This document shows, one piece after another, positions 45,921 through 58,090 of a stretch of 64,000 bases of DNA. Numbering within the stretch: position 1 is the first letter of the stretch; the number at the start of each line of letters is the position of its first letter. The position numbers were made by a program, and so were the translations under genes. Below the pieces are notes generated by a model. The model was not told where the DNA came from and made no database searches. It worked only from the letters and a program-made list of their open reading frames with translations. Source of the DNA: Cyanidioschyzon merolae (taxonomy: Eukaryota); NCBI GenBank assembly GCA_000091205.1, contig AP006492.2; one strand, 5' to 3'.

Positions 45921-48116
45921 ATGTGGGCCGCATTTGTCTTTTTACCAACGTCACGCTTTCTTCAAAGGGCGTCTCCCCCGTGCCCTAGCTCGAATCTATG
46001 TGGAAGACAGCGATCTGCAGGGCGCGTGTCAGCGGGGACGGCGTCGCTGCGTGCGCAAGAGGGCACCACGAACACACCTCCGCGAAAGCTTTCACCCGTC
46101 GAAGGCATAAAAGAGCGCTCGAACCAGCTTCGCTATCCTCTCATAGACGAGCTGAGAAACGACGAGATTTTCGTCTCTGGGGACGCAGGCCAAATACTCA
46201 AGTTTCACGGCACCTATCAGCAGGACGATCGGGATCAGCGCACCAAGGGTGAACAGAAGAAATATCAGTTTATGCTTCGTTTGAAGATGCCGGCAGGCGA
46301 ACTGCCGGCGAGCTTCTATCGCGTTCTCGACGACCTGTCGGAGCAGTATGGGAACAGCACGCTGCGGGCCACAACGCGGAGCACTTTCCAGATCCACGGT
46401 GTTCTCAAGGGGAACCTCAAGCACGTCATGGCAACGATCATGAACGCCGGTGGCAGCACTGCAGGCGCTTGCGGCGACATCAACCGGAACGTTATTACCA
46501 CGCCAGCGCCGTACCAGAGTCCGCCCTACCAACACGTTCGCTTCATTGCCAAAATGCTCGCTGAGGTATTCGCGCCACAGACGGGTGCGCTCTGTGAGGC
46601 ATGGCTCGACGGCGAGAAGGCGGCTTCAATTGAATACTGGAAGAGGGACATCGATATGGATGAAGTGAAACGAATACGTGAGCACGACAATGGACGAGGA
46701 CAGGTGTTCAGCGGCAAAGAGGAGCCTATCTACGGAGAAACCTACCTGCCTCGCAAGTTTAAGATGGCCGTGACTGTTCCCGGTGATAACAGTGTCGACA
46801 TCTTCACGAACGATATCGGCATCGTCGTGCTCATGGATGATAACTATGTGTTACAGGGATACAACATTCTCGTCGGTGGCGGTATGGGACGCACCCACAA
46901 CAAGGAGGCAACCTTTCCACGCCTTGCGGATCCTCTCGGATTCGTTCCGCCTGATTCGCTTTTCGATACCATCAAGGCTATCGTCGCCGCGCAGCGCGAC
47001 CACGGTGATCGGCAGGTCCGCACAAACGCCCGAATGAAGTATCTTGTACACCGTCTGGGTATCGACGGTTTCCGTGATCTCGTTCGCTCTTACATGACCG
47101 ACAATGGTGCCGCGCTACAACCGTGGCGTCCGATCCCGGCCTGGGAGCACCGCGACTATCTCGGCTGGCACGAAGACGGTACCGGCAAGCTCTTCTACGG
47201 GCTGCTGATTGACAACGGGCGGGTGCGCGGCCCGCTGAAAAAAGCGCTTCGCCAGATCGTAGACGAAATATCGCCTGGTATGATCATGACGCCGCACCAA
47301 AACCTGCTTTTAACCAACATCATGCCAGAGCAACGGCAAGTCGTCGAGGGCATCCTGGCCCAGCACCAGGTCTACCGCGACGTGCGGCACATTGATCAAC
47401 TGGTGCGCAAGGCGATGGCATGTCCGGCGTTGCCACTCTGCCCGCTGGCGATCACAGAGGCTGAACGTGTGATGCCCCAGTACCTCGAGCGCATTCGCGA
47501 GATTCTCGGCAAGGCTGGCATAGCACCAAGCGAATCGTTCTTTACGCGCATGACCGGATGCCCGAACGGATGCAGCCGTCCCTACATGGCAGAATTGGCC
47601 CTGGTCGGCAGTGGACCCAACGAGGTATACCAGCTCTGGCTGGGTGGCTCGCCCAACCAAACCCGGCTCGCTTGGCCGTTTGCAGACCGGCTATCATTGA
47701 ACGAGCTCGATCGCGTGCTCGAAGCGCTCTTCGTTTTTTGGCGGCAAGAACGCCGACCTGCTGAGGCTTTCGGAGATTTTTGCGATCGCATCGGGAAAAA
47801 CGGACTTGAGCAATTCGTCTCCCAGTATGGCGAGGGGCATGCGAATGGCGATACCTCGAAGGCACGCGCAAGTACATCACGCCTATCCAAGAGCACCGCA
47901 AACAACGAAGAGAAAGTTCCGCTGCGACCCCGCGTCTCCCTGCGCCCAGCGGTGCATGCGCGTCTGCGAACGATGGCGGCCCGAGCTGGTGTTCCGCTCA
48001 AAGTCCTCGTGGATGAGATTCTGACCAAGTTCATCGCCTCCCCTGAATCCGAGAAGATGTTCGGGGGCCGTATCTCTTCGGCGATCAAGACAGATGGGAA
48101 TACTGCGATGGACTGA
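45921..48116 (+). CDS. Ferredoxin-dependent sulfite reductase (siroheme/4Fe-4S hemoprotein), with a presequence and an ~90-aa C-terminal extension containing an RHH-like motif
   Basis: NIR_SIR-type blocks are present: ILKFHGTYQQDDRD, MLRLKMPAGELPASFYRVLDDLSEQYGNSTLRATTRSTFQIHGV, GDINRNV, and the Cys cluster TGCPNGCSRPYMAELALVGSGPNEVYQLWLGG. The C-terminus reads ...RPRVSLRPAVHARLRTMAARAGVPLKVLVDEILTKFIAS. Confidence 0.9.
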   Translation: MWAAFVFLPTSRFLQRASPPCPSSNLCGRQRSAGRVSAGTASLRAQEGTTNTPPRKLSPVEGIKERSNQLRYPLIDELRNDEIFVSGDAGQILKFHGTYQQDDRDQRTKGEQKKYQFMLRLKMPAGELPASFYRVLDDLSEQYGNSTLRATTRSTFQIHGVLKGNLKHVMATIMNAGGSTAGACGDINRNVITTPAPYQSPPYQHVRFIAKMLAEVFAPQTGALCEAWLDGEKAASIEYWKRDIDMDEVKRIREHDNGRGQVFSGKEEPIYGETYLPRKFKMAVTVPGDNSVDIFTNDIGIVVLMDDNYVLQGYNILVGGGMGRTHNKEATFPRLADPLGFVPPDSLFDTIKAIVAAQRDHGDRQVRTNARMKYLVHRLGIDGFRDLVRSYMTDNGAALQPWRPIPAWEHRDYLGWHEDGTGKLFYGLLIDNGRVRGPLKKALRQIVDEISPGMIMTPHQNLLLTNIMPEQRQVVEGILAQHQVYRDVRHIDQLVRKAMACPALPLCPLAITEAERVMPQYLERIREILGKAGIAPSESFFTRMTGCPNGCSRPYMAELALVGSGPNEVYQLWLGGSPNQTRLAWPFADRLSLNELDRVLEALFVFWRQERRPAEAFGDFCDRIGKNGLEQFVSQYGEGHANGDTSKARASTSRLSKSTANNEEKVPLRPRVSLRPAVHARLRTMAARAGVPLKVLVDEILTKFIASPESEKMFGGRISSAIKTDGNTAMD

Positions 48117-48371
48117 CATGGAGTCGCCAACAGCACCGGTGTTTCCAGAAGAACCGCATCCTGTGATACGTGAAAGCCCATGTCGAAGAACGGTCGATCA
48201 AGTGTGTGCGGTATAAAGTAAGCTCTTGTTGGCTCGCGGCAGTGACCGCAAAGGTTCCCATCTCGCACGACGCTGAACGCGGTGAGGGTATTCAGCATGC
48301 GTATGCCTCTCAGCGGGCTGCATGCTGGAATATCGTTACCGGAAGAGCCGTTCTGTTTTTTATCGTTTTCC

Positions 48372-50949
<2,578 letters not shown>

Positions 50950-51891
50950 TGCGGCAGCAACATCGATCCATGAAGTTGCCCGTTCTGCCCGGCGAATGCA
51001 TAGCATGTGCTCAGAGCAGAGCAGTCGACACACACCATCCTGTGATCTTGGAACGATGGGCGGCATTTTACGCTGCACAAACGCAACCGCGTCCTGGATA
51101 TCGCGCAATATCCCCCAACAACACCGAGACGAAATGCGAGTGCGTATGCTTAAAGCGGAAAGTCCGTTGCCAGCTGTAAACAGTGCTCTAGACGAGCGTC
51201 TAACCACTTGTTCTAGTCTAGTTGGATAGCAACGAGCCGCTTTTAGCGATTTTCGGCATATGCAGGGGCACTTTCGCGAGAGCGCAGCGGCAAGCCCCAA
51301 AAAGCGCCCATGCCTGTCCGAATGCGCTGGCAGCAGGCACCAAAGCGGGATTACGAGCGCTCGCCACACAACCCTGGTGCACGATGCGCGGCATCCGGAC
51401 TGGGGACGCTGCCTACCCGAGGCAGCGTCGGATGCGGATGTGGATTTCGCCCCTCTGCGAGTCACTGCTTCATCTGATGTGGCTGGTGCGCAGCACAATC
51501 GTCTAGGTCGCGCTTGTCTGCAAGCGTTTGCAAGCTGGATACAAGGTGTTCACCTTTTCGTGCAAAAAAATCTTGCTGTTTCTGGCGCTATCTTCCAGTA
51601 TAGATATCCGGCGAGGAAGGAGCTCTCGGTAGGATGTCATCTTGGACATCAGCTACACACCAGTGAGAGAGGGATGGCGGGCAATTTCGGCCAACAACGT
51701 CATCCATGTCGTCCTTGAGCGGACCCAGGAATCACGAACCGTCGGCACAGAGCAAATACGGCTGGCTATCAACAAGGCCTCTCAAAGCCTCCCCAGAGAC
51801 TCACGAGGAGCTCTGTGATCGGCCCGCAGTCGGGAGCATCCTTTGCATTGCCGCGATGTGGACGCGCTTGTCAACGGCAAGTCCCAAATTC

Positions 51892-53448
51892 CTACCGTTT
51901 TGAACGTCGCTGGTGTCGCCCAGTCGGCAGTGCATTACGAGAAGATGGATGCACAACCGGCAGGACCGGCGCAAGATATGTTTGACGTGGCCCAAAGAGC
52001 TCCTCCGTCCCCTGCGCTGAGTTATGCGCCGCATTGCTCGGGCAGTTCGCCGCCTTGCGACGCGACATGCGCTGATGGCGTCGAAGCTTCTCAGAATATT
52101 CATCTGCTCTCAGAATGAAATCTCGGTAGAGACCATCACGTCCGCCAACGGGCTTCGGAATGGAGCTCAGCGAGCCACGGGTGGAGAGTCGAGGCGCGCC
52201 GTCGATGGATCGAGCGAATCGAGGCAGCCGAATCCTTTCTCGGTGCTTCGCTCCGATTCCCGATGTATCAGTATCACCCGCGGTGACTTCTTTGATGCAG
52301 CGAATGAGCGTGCCATAATTACCGCATTCGGGGCAGAAACGGATCGTTTGCTCGTCCAGTTCCTGTGCATCTATGGTACGATTGCAGGCAGTGCAGAGGC
52401 GAATGAAATGCCGTGCCCAGCGGATCGTTTTCCGTGAGTCAACACTCACCAACGGAATATCGAGACACCGCATCACGTTCTGCATACTAAAATCGGTTGT
52501 CGCAATGGCCACCTGACCGGGTTTCAGCGCGTCCCATCGGAGCTCGGAGGCGATAGCTTCCGGGTTATGGGTCGGTGGCAGCCAGGTATCCGCACATAGA
52601 GCCTCAGCATGTGACGACATGCCTCTGCTCGAGTCCACATATGCAGAAGAAGCGCCGTTTTCACTGGAGTCTTTCTCAGCTTCAGAGGGAATACAAGACT
52701 GCACATCATTTTTCATTGACCGCTGTGACTCTTTCTCACATGCCGTTCTGTTGCACTCTGCTCGGTGGTGCGGCCGACTACCTGGATACATGGACAGTTC
52801 GTCGACTCCTCGCAGCAAACTCTCTGGTAACGAGGCATCGAGTTCAGAAAGTCTTCGCCGGACTTTTTTGAGACCCTCCCCGAAAACATACGTGCGAGGG
52901 TCGAAAAAGTCGGGATTCCGGGTTGATTCGCGACGCCAGGATAGCGCAGACTGCGCTATTCGTTCTCCGTGTATGTCAAACGAGTCGGAAGCAGTGCGCG
53001 TACTGGGCGCGGAACCCGCGCCGCACGTCTCTTCGACTCCGTTCCCCGAGGTAACAGGTTCGCTGGGCTTCTCTGGGTGCCCGAGATCAATCGCGAGTGC
53101 AATCAAATTGACGTCCGCTGTGCTCAGGAATCCCAAGTCGCCAGTTTCGCGTGCAGCGCGCTCAACACAAGCCACGGCTTTGGGAGAAGGCTCCGACACC
53201 GTCAGCGCTCGTGCGTCATCCGCTCCTCCTGACTTGAGTCCAAGAAGCCACTCGAGTCGCTTTCGGGCAGCCTCGTCTCGAACTTCGTGTAGCACATCAG
53301 GTACTGTACATAGTTGCAAATCTTTCTCGAGCGCGGCGCGCTGAAGCCAGCTTTCCGAGGCGTGGATCCAGGCGCTTGCATCGAGCACCAAAAACCGACG
53401 CGTGGCTGCGTTTTCCACCATGGAGTCTCGGGCACGAGTGCTGTGCAA
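51892..53448 (-). CDS. NOB1: NOB1-like pre-18S rRNA D-site endonuclease (PIN domain plus C-terminal Zn-ribbon)
   Basis: The N-terminal PIN domain reads RRFLVLDASAWIHA...CTVPDVLHEVRDEAARKRLE. The C-terminus reads ATTDFSMQNVMRCLDIPLVSVD...RLCTACNRTIDA...RFCPECGNYGTLIRC. A long acidic, Ser-rich linker separates them. Confidence 0.8.
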   Translation of the reverse strand: MHSTRARDSMVENAATRRFLVLDASAWIHASESWLQRAALEKDLQLCTVPDVLHEVRDEAARKRLEWLLGLKSGGADDARALTVSEPSPKAVACVERAARETGDLGFLSTADVNLIALAIDLGHPEKPSEPVTSGNGVEETCGAGSAPSTRTASDSFDIHGERIAQSALSWRRESTRNPDFFDPRTYVFGEGLKKVRRRLSELDASLPESLLRGVDELSMYPGSRPHHRAECNRTACEKESQRSMKNDVQSCIPSEAEKDSSENGASSAYVDSSRGMSSHAEALCADTWLPPTHNPEAIASELRWDALKPGQVAIATTDFSMQNVMRCLDIPLVSVDSRKTIRWARHFIRLCTACNRTIDAQELDEQTIRFCPECGNYGTLIRCIKEVTAGDTDTSGIGAKHRERIRLPRFARSIDGAPRLSTRGSLSSIPKPVGGRDGLYRDFILRADEYSEKLRRHQRMSRRKAANCPSNAAHNSAQGTEELFGPRQTYLAPVLPVVHPSSRNALPTGRHQRRSKR

Positions 53449-54918
53449 AAGTAGTACTTTTTCAGTTCAGTGTTCCAGCGATAAGCTACTGCTCGATCGT
53501 TGCTGTCTCGTATGCGTCTTTCCGGTAGACTTGAACCTCGACCTGAGCGTCTGCCAAAACGTATACAGAGAATATATGTGGCCGCGCGTCGGCAGCGCTC
53601 GGTCGTGGCCGTCGAAAACAGCGACCCGGCGCTTTCGCGAGGGCGCAAACGTATCGATGCTGGTGCCAGTGAGGAGCCGCGCCAGTCACCGCAGCACCTG
53701 TGCTGCCGTGGACTTTGCATGGACTGATGCCGCCAGGACACTGGTGTCCGTCAACCTGCCACAGTACCTGTCATCGGGCGAGTGGTTTTTGGTGTTACGG
53801 ACGAGTGAGGCGCCTATTTTATCGTTCCGCTTCTGCAGCAGGTTCCGCGCCCCCCAGAGAACACGTGTCGTTTACCAGAGTCGAAGACTGTTGCTGCCGA
53901 TGACGGTGAATATCCAAGTATTGGACTTTTGCGAGGCTCCGCAACGTGGAGCTATCCCATGCAGGTTCCTCGTTGGAGGAGTATCCACGGAGACGGACCC
54001 GAATGCAGTGACGCACCGGCGGACTTGCACGATTCGACGCGTGCGCTCTTCAGCGAGGATGCCGGATGCATCGACGCAGTCGCTGGCGTTGCTCCGAGCC
54101 CATAGCACATCCGGGCGACAGGATCGAAATCGGGGCCGTGTTTGCCAGTAGCAGCTGGTAGCGTGGTCATCAAGGGGTTGCTCAGGGCGCCAACCTCAAC
54201 GATGGAACCTGGAACCCCGATTCTCGTGCGCCGTCATAGGTGCACTGCACGCGGCTCGGCACCAGAGCCGGCAAGAGCGTTTAGAAATGTCTCGCTGTCA
54301 TCAGCGGGTCCGCCGTGGAGATGCAGTTCGTGAACAAGTGGCATATCGATCACGAATCGATCGTCATACGAATCATATGATTTTCGTCCGCGATGCAGAA
54401 AAACGCATCCATAGACAGAAGATGAGGACGCCTGCTTTTCTGGAAATTGGGGTGTATGTGCGCGTCGTTGAGTTCGTATCAGGGACGACCTCAAGATCGT
54501 CGCTCCTTTGCACTCTGTGGGGCAGCCTCTCGGTCTTTGGACATAAAGGGATGATGACCGCACGCAACCGCCAACGTGCAGCCGCTGGTCGAGATCGCCC
54601 GGCCACTCAAGGACAACTGCACACTTGTTCATTCCAGGCATGTGCAGCTGATGTTTCTGGAGCATCGTTTATGAATCTGAACGGGTACTCCCGGCTGGGC
54701 AAACACTGCTGCTGCCCGAGCAAGACACCAGAGTCGGAGCACAGACGCTTGCACGTTCTCCCGGACCCAGACAAGTCTTCCTGTCGAGAATACAGATCCA
54801 GTCGTTCCAGGGACCGGAATGTGCCGTGCCTCCCATAGAGCCTGAATGCGAGACTGGATGCCGCACAGTCGCTGCTGCGGACCTTGGCGAAGATCGACCA
54901 GCTTTCCGCGAACAGGAC

Positions 54919-55330
54919 GTGCGTCGATCAGCTGATGCCCATGGTCGATCGAGGTGGCACGCATCCAGGGTCCAGCGATCAACACGGTAATCAGTATTGT
55001 CCATAAAAGTTCTGTTTGTGTGTGCGTCGATCAGCTGATGCCCATGGTCGATCGAGGTGGCACGCATCCAGGGTCCAGCGATCAACACGGTAATCAGTAT
55101 TGTCTATAAAAGTTCTGTTTGTGTGTGCGTCGATCAGCTGATGCCCATGGTCGATCGAGGTGGCACGCATCCAGGGTCCAGCGATCAGCACGGTAATCAG
55201 TATTGTCCATAAAAGTTCTGTTTGTGTGTGCGTCGATCAGCTGATGCCCATGGTCGATCGAGGTGGCACGCATCCAGGGTCCAGCGATCAACACGGTAAT
55301 CAGTATTGTCCATAAAAGTCCTACGTGTGT
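54919..55330. repeat. Tandem array, ~103-bp unit, four copies
   Basis: The unit start gtgcgtcgatcagctgatgcccatggtcgatcgaggtggcacgcatccagggtccagcgatcaacacggtaatcagtattgtc... recurs at 54919, 55021, 55125 and 55228. Confidence 0.8.
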
Positions 55331-55537
55331 GCACCTCCATTCGAGCGAGCGCGCACAGCTCCACTCGAGCGCAGGTTCCACGCGGCGGATCGAGGCGCCC
55401 CGGAGCGCGCGCGTCCTGCGAGGAGCGCAAAGTACGTCCGCAGGTACCTGGCAGTAACCTCACACGGACGACATCTCTTATCGTTCAACCGGAGCTCGTA
55501 TCGCGCTGAGAAATATCAAACTTCGGTAACGACGAAA

Positions 55538-56011
55538 ATGCTCGGGTTTGTGACAGGCCTCATTCCCTTAACCAGAAATGACTCTGTCGTCGACAGCAGC
55601 TTGAAACGTTGCCGGGTTCGCACGAGTAAGGTTTCGCTGCGGATGCAGTTGAAGCGCCTCAGGTGGAGTGAGTTTGAGGATCGCGCAGCGTACGCGCCGT
55701 TGCCCAGGAACTGGGCAGGCGAGTTCGACTCCATAGGACCGCTGGATCCGCCGAAAAGTCAAGAGGAGAAACTGCCAGAGCAAATCTTCGGTCAGAAGTA
55801 TGAGAAGCCGCTCCCGCTGAATATCACTCCTGAGGAAGAAGCTGCTTTCAAAGCGTTTCAGAGCGCCGAACAGCGAGCACGGCAGGAAGCCGTCGCTCGT
55901 CTAGCCGAGAAGAAGCAGCTGGAAACCGCAGCGCCTGGCATAATGAGCAACTTTGATCCCGCTTGGGTTTACAAGACCCCAGTTCTCGAGTACTGGCGGA
56001 GTCGCAAGTGA
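55538..56011 (+). CDS. Hypothetical protein (conserved-looking, Lys/Glu-rich C-terminus ...NFDPAWVYKTPVLEYWRSRK)
   Basis: The ORF is open from 55325, but that 5-prime part overlaps the 103-bp tandem array, so the first Met after the array (MLGFVTG...) is preferred. I recognised no family. Confidence 0.3.
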   Translation: MLGFVTGLIPLTRNDSVVDSSLKRCRVRTSKVSLRMQLKRLRWSEFEDRAAYAPLPRNWAGEFDSIGPLDPPKSQEEKLPEQIFGQKYEKPLPLNITPEEEAAFKAFQSAEQRARQEAVARLAEKKQLETAAPGIMSNFDPAWVYKTPVLEYWRSRK

Positions 56012-56288
56012 AGACGGGCAGAACTCTGTTTGTCGTTTGCTTCCGCGTTTACGCGCACTAAAGGCTATAGTTGCACGAAGAGACTTGTTAGCGTCAACAG
56101 GGTTTGGAACGGGAACGACTATCACATAAACCACTTCGTTTCGTTTCACGCTACACCCCTGTCTTGTTACAGTTCATCAGGTTCATTCAGCCAACACAAG
56201 CGCAGACGCTAAAGTTTTGGTTTCTCTACAGCATGATCACCACCAGACTCTAAGGGTTTTTTCTGCAATTGATCTCATTTTTCCTCGA

Positions 56289-57044
56289 TCACGCCCTCGG
56301 CTTTAAAGGCACCGCTCTCTCATGCCCATCCAGCTCGGTCACCAGCAGTCGAAGTAAGTTGATGGCAGCGTTCAAGTCCCGATTTCGCAGCTTCCTGTCA
56401 TTTTCTAAGATTTCCAAGCACAGGCGAAAGAATAGATCTACGCCCCTCTCACTTTTTGCATCCTGTTGGTATACAGCCTGAGTGCATGCTTCGCATCGGT
56501 GATACATGGGTGTTGTCGGGTGTTCCGAAATGTCCATCACACCTCCGAGTGCCAACATGTGGCGGGTGAGCGCCTGCTTCACTTCTCGGTACACCGTCTT
56601 GATTGGTATACAAGGCTCTCCTATATGTAGTCCTATGTTTCCGCGCCCGGCGCCCTGCCCGACGATCATGGACTTCTTCTGGGAGATGCCCTCGGTGCGT
56701 ATGCTGTCCGCTGTACGCGCAAGTACACGCTGTTCCATTCGATGACAGTTTGGTGAAACGCGATGTTGTCCACGATGACACAAATACCGGAAGCCAATTC
56801 TCGGCATGAGAAGAACGCGAGAAATGCCGATTCGTTTAGGCTCGCTTCGTGCTAAAAGGCGACGCACGCTGCACTGGAAGCGAGAGCTATGATGACTCAA
56901 GTCCAAGCCAATACGCCTTTCCGATCCAAACGCAAGACACGGAGGCCTCTGGTACCATATCCCGTGAGAGGTTTCAAGCTGCTGTCGAATGCCTTTTCGC
57001 CGATGACACAAAGCGAGAGGCACTTGTCTTTCCAACGGAATCAA
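56289..57044 (-). mobile_element. Compact TnpB/Fanzor-like RuvC-domain ORF (copy C), N-terminally truncated relative to bacterial TnpB
   Basis: The single 251-aa frame has a RuvC-I-like RRIGLDLS, a middle region GFRYLCHRGQHRVSPNCHRMEQRVLA... homologous to copies A/B, a Zn-finger ...TTPMYHRCEAC..., and a RuvC-III-like NRDLNAAINLLRL (compare TnpB DRDVNAAKNIL). Confidence 0.5.
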
Positions 57045-58090
57045 TCATTTGACGTAAAGTGGTCAGTTGGTGTTCAGCTCAAGCGCGTGCAAAACTCCTC
57101 GAAAGACGACGTCGATTATGATTACATGTCGCTAGTACAGAGACTCGAATTGCTGCGCCCATGTGTTGCCTTGAAACAGAATTTCAGAAACCTTGAAGAA
57201 TGTGTGACTTGAGCTTGCTTCACGTATGGAAACGGTAAGCGTTGAAGCCTGCACCTATGAATTGGATGATCATGTCGATTGCGTTTTCGGATTCTTCGAT
57301 CGACGATGTCGCGAATCATCATCTTGGTTCCGGTGACATGCCGAGTTCCAGCGGCAGAGAGATTCGAAGGAGCCCCTCCGACCTACAGACCGAGAACCCC
57401 AAAACTGCGTATGCAACCGCAAGCCCATACTCCTGCACTTCGAATGGTGATACTATAAATCTTAGAAAGGGTACGGAAAAATCTCGAGCTAGGAATAGAG
57501 CGAGCCGTTCAGTGCCCCAGTTTAACCGAACACGCTCATTGTGGGGCTTGTTCAATATAATGAGGCGCCCGACGTCTGACTGCTACGAAAACTATCCGCA
57601 ACGGGTCCCTGTGCACCAGGTTTGCCAATTAAGCTCGAGTTCTGCGGGCGCTGTGCAGCCTGATCGTAAGCCGGGAACCTTTCGCCACCAACGGGAACGC
57701 GGTTCGGTTACGTCCGCACCCGCTCGCCCTGCAAACCACCTGGCGTTCACCACCGCTCTCACAAAGCAACCTCCCAGCGCAGTTCTTTTGAACTTCAATG
57801 CACCACGTCCTCCTATCTGAAGAAGATTGACCAAGATCCCGACGAGACACTCGCCATCAAAGTGCCTTCGTTCCACAGGAGCGCATCGACGTTTCCGCTC
57901 AACGCCACCGTTCAACCAGTCTGGACAGCAGCACAGAGGCGCTGCGCGTTCATTCCGAACGCCTGCCCCTGAACGGCTCGGTACTGAAGCGCTGCACGTG
58001 CAACGCGGTTGCAGGACAGACTTGTTGTTGTTGTTAGCTGCGATACACCTTGTCCAAGTTCGGCTTTGTTATTATTGAAAGCACACGAAC

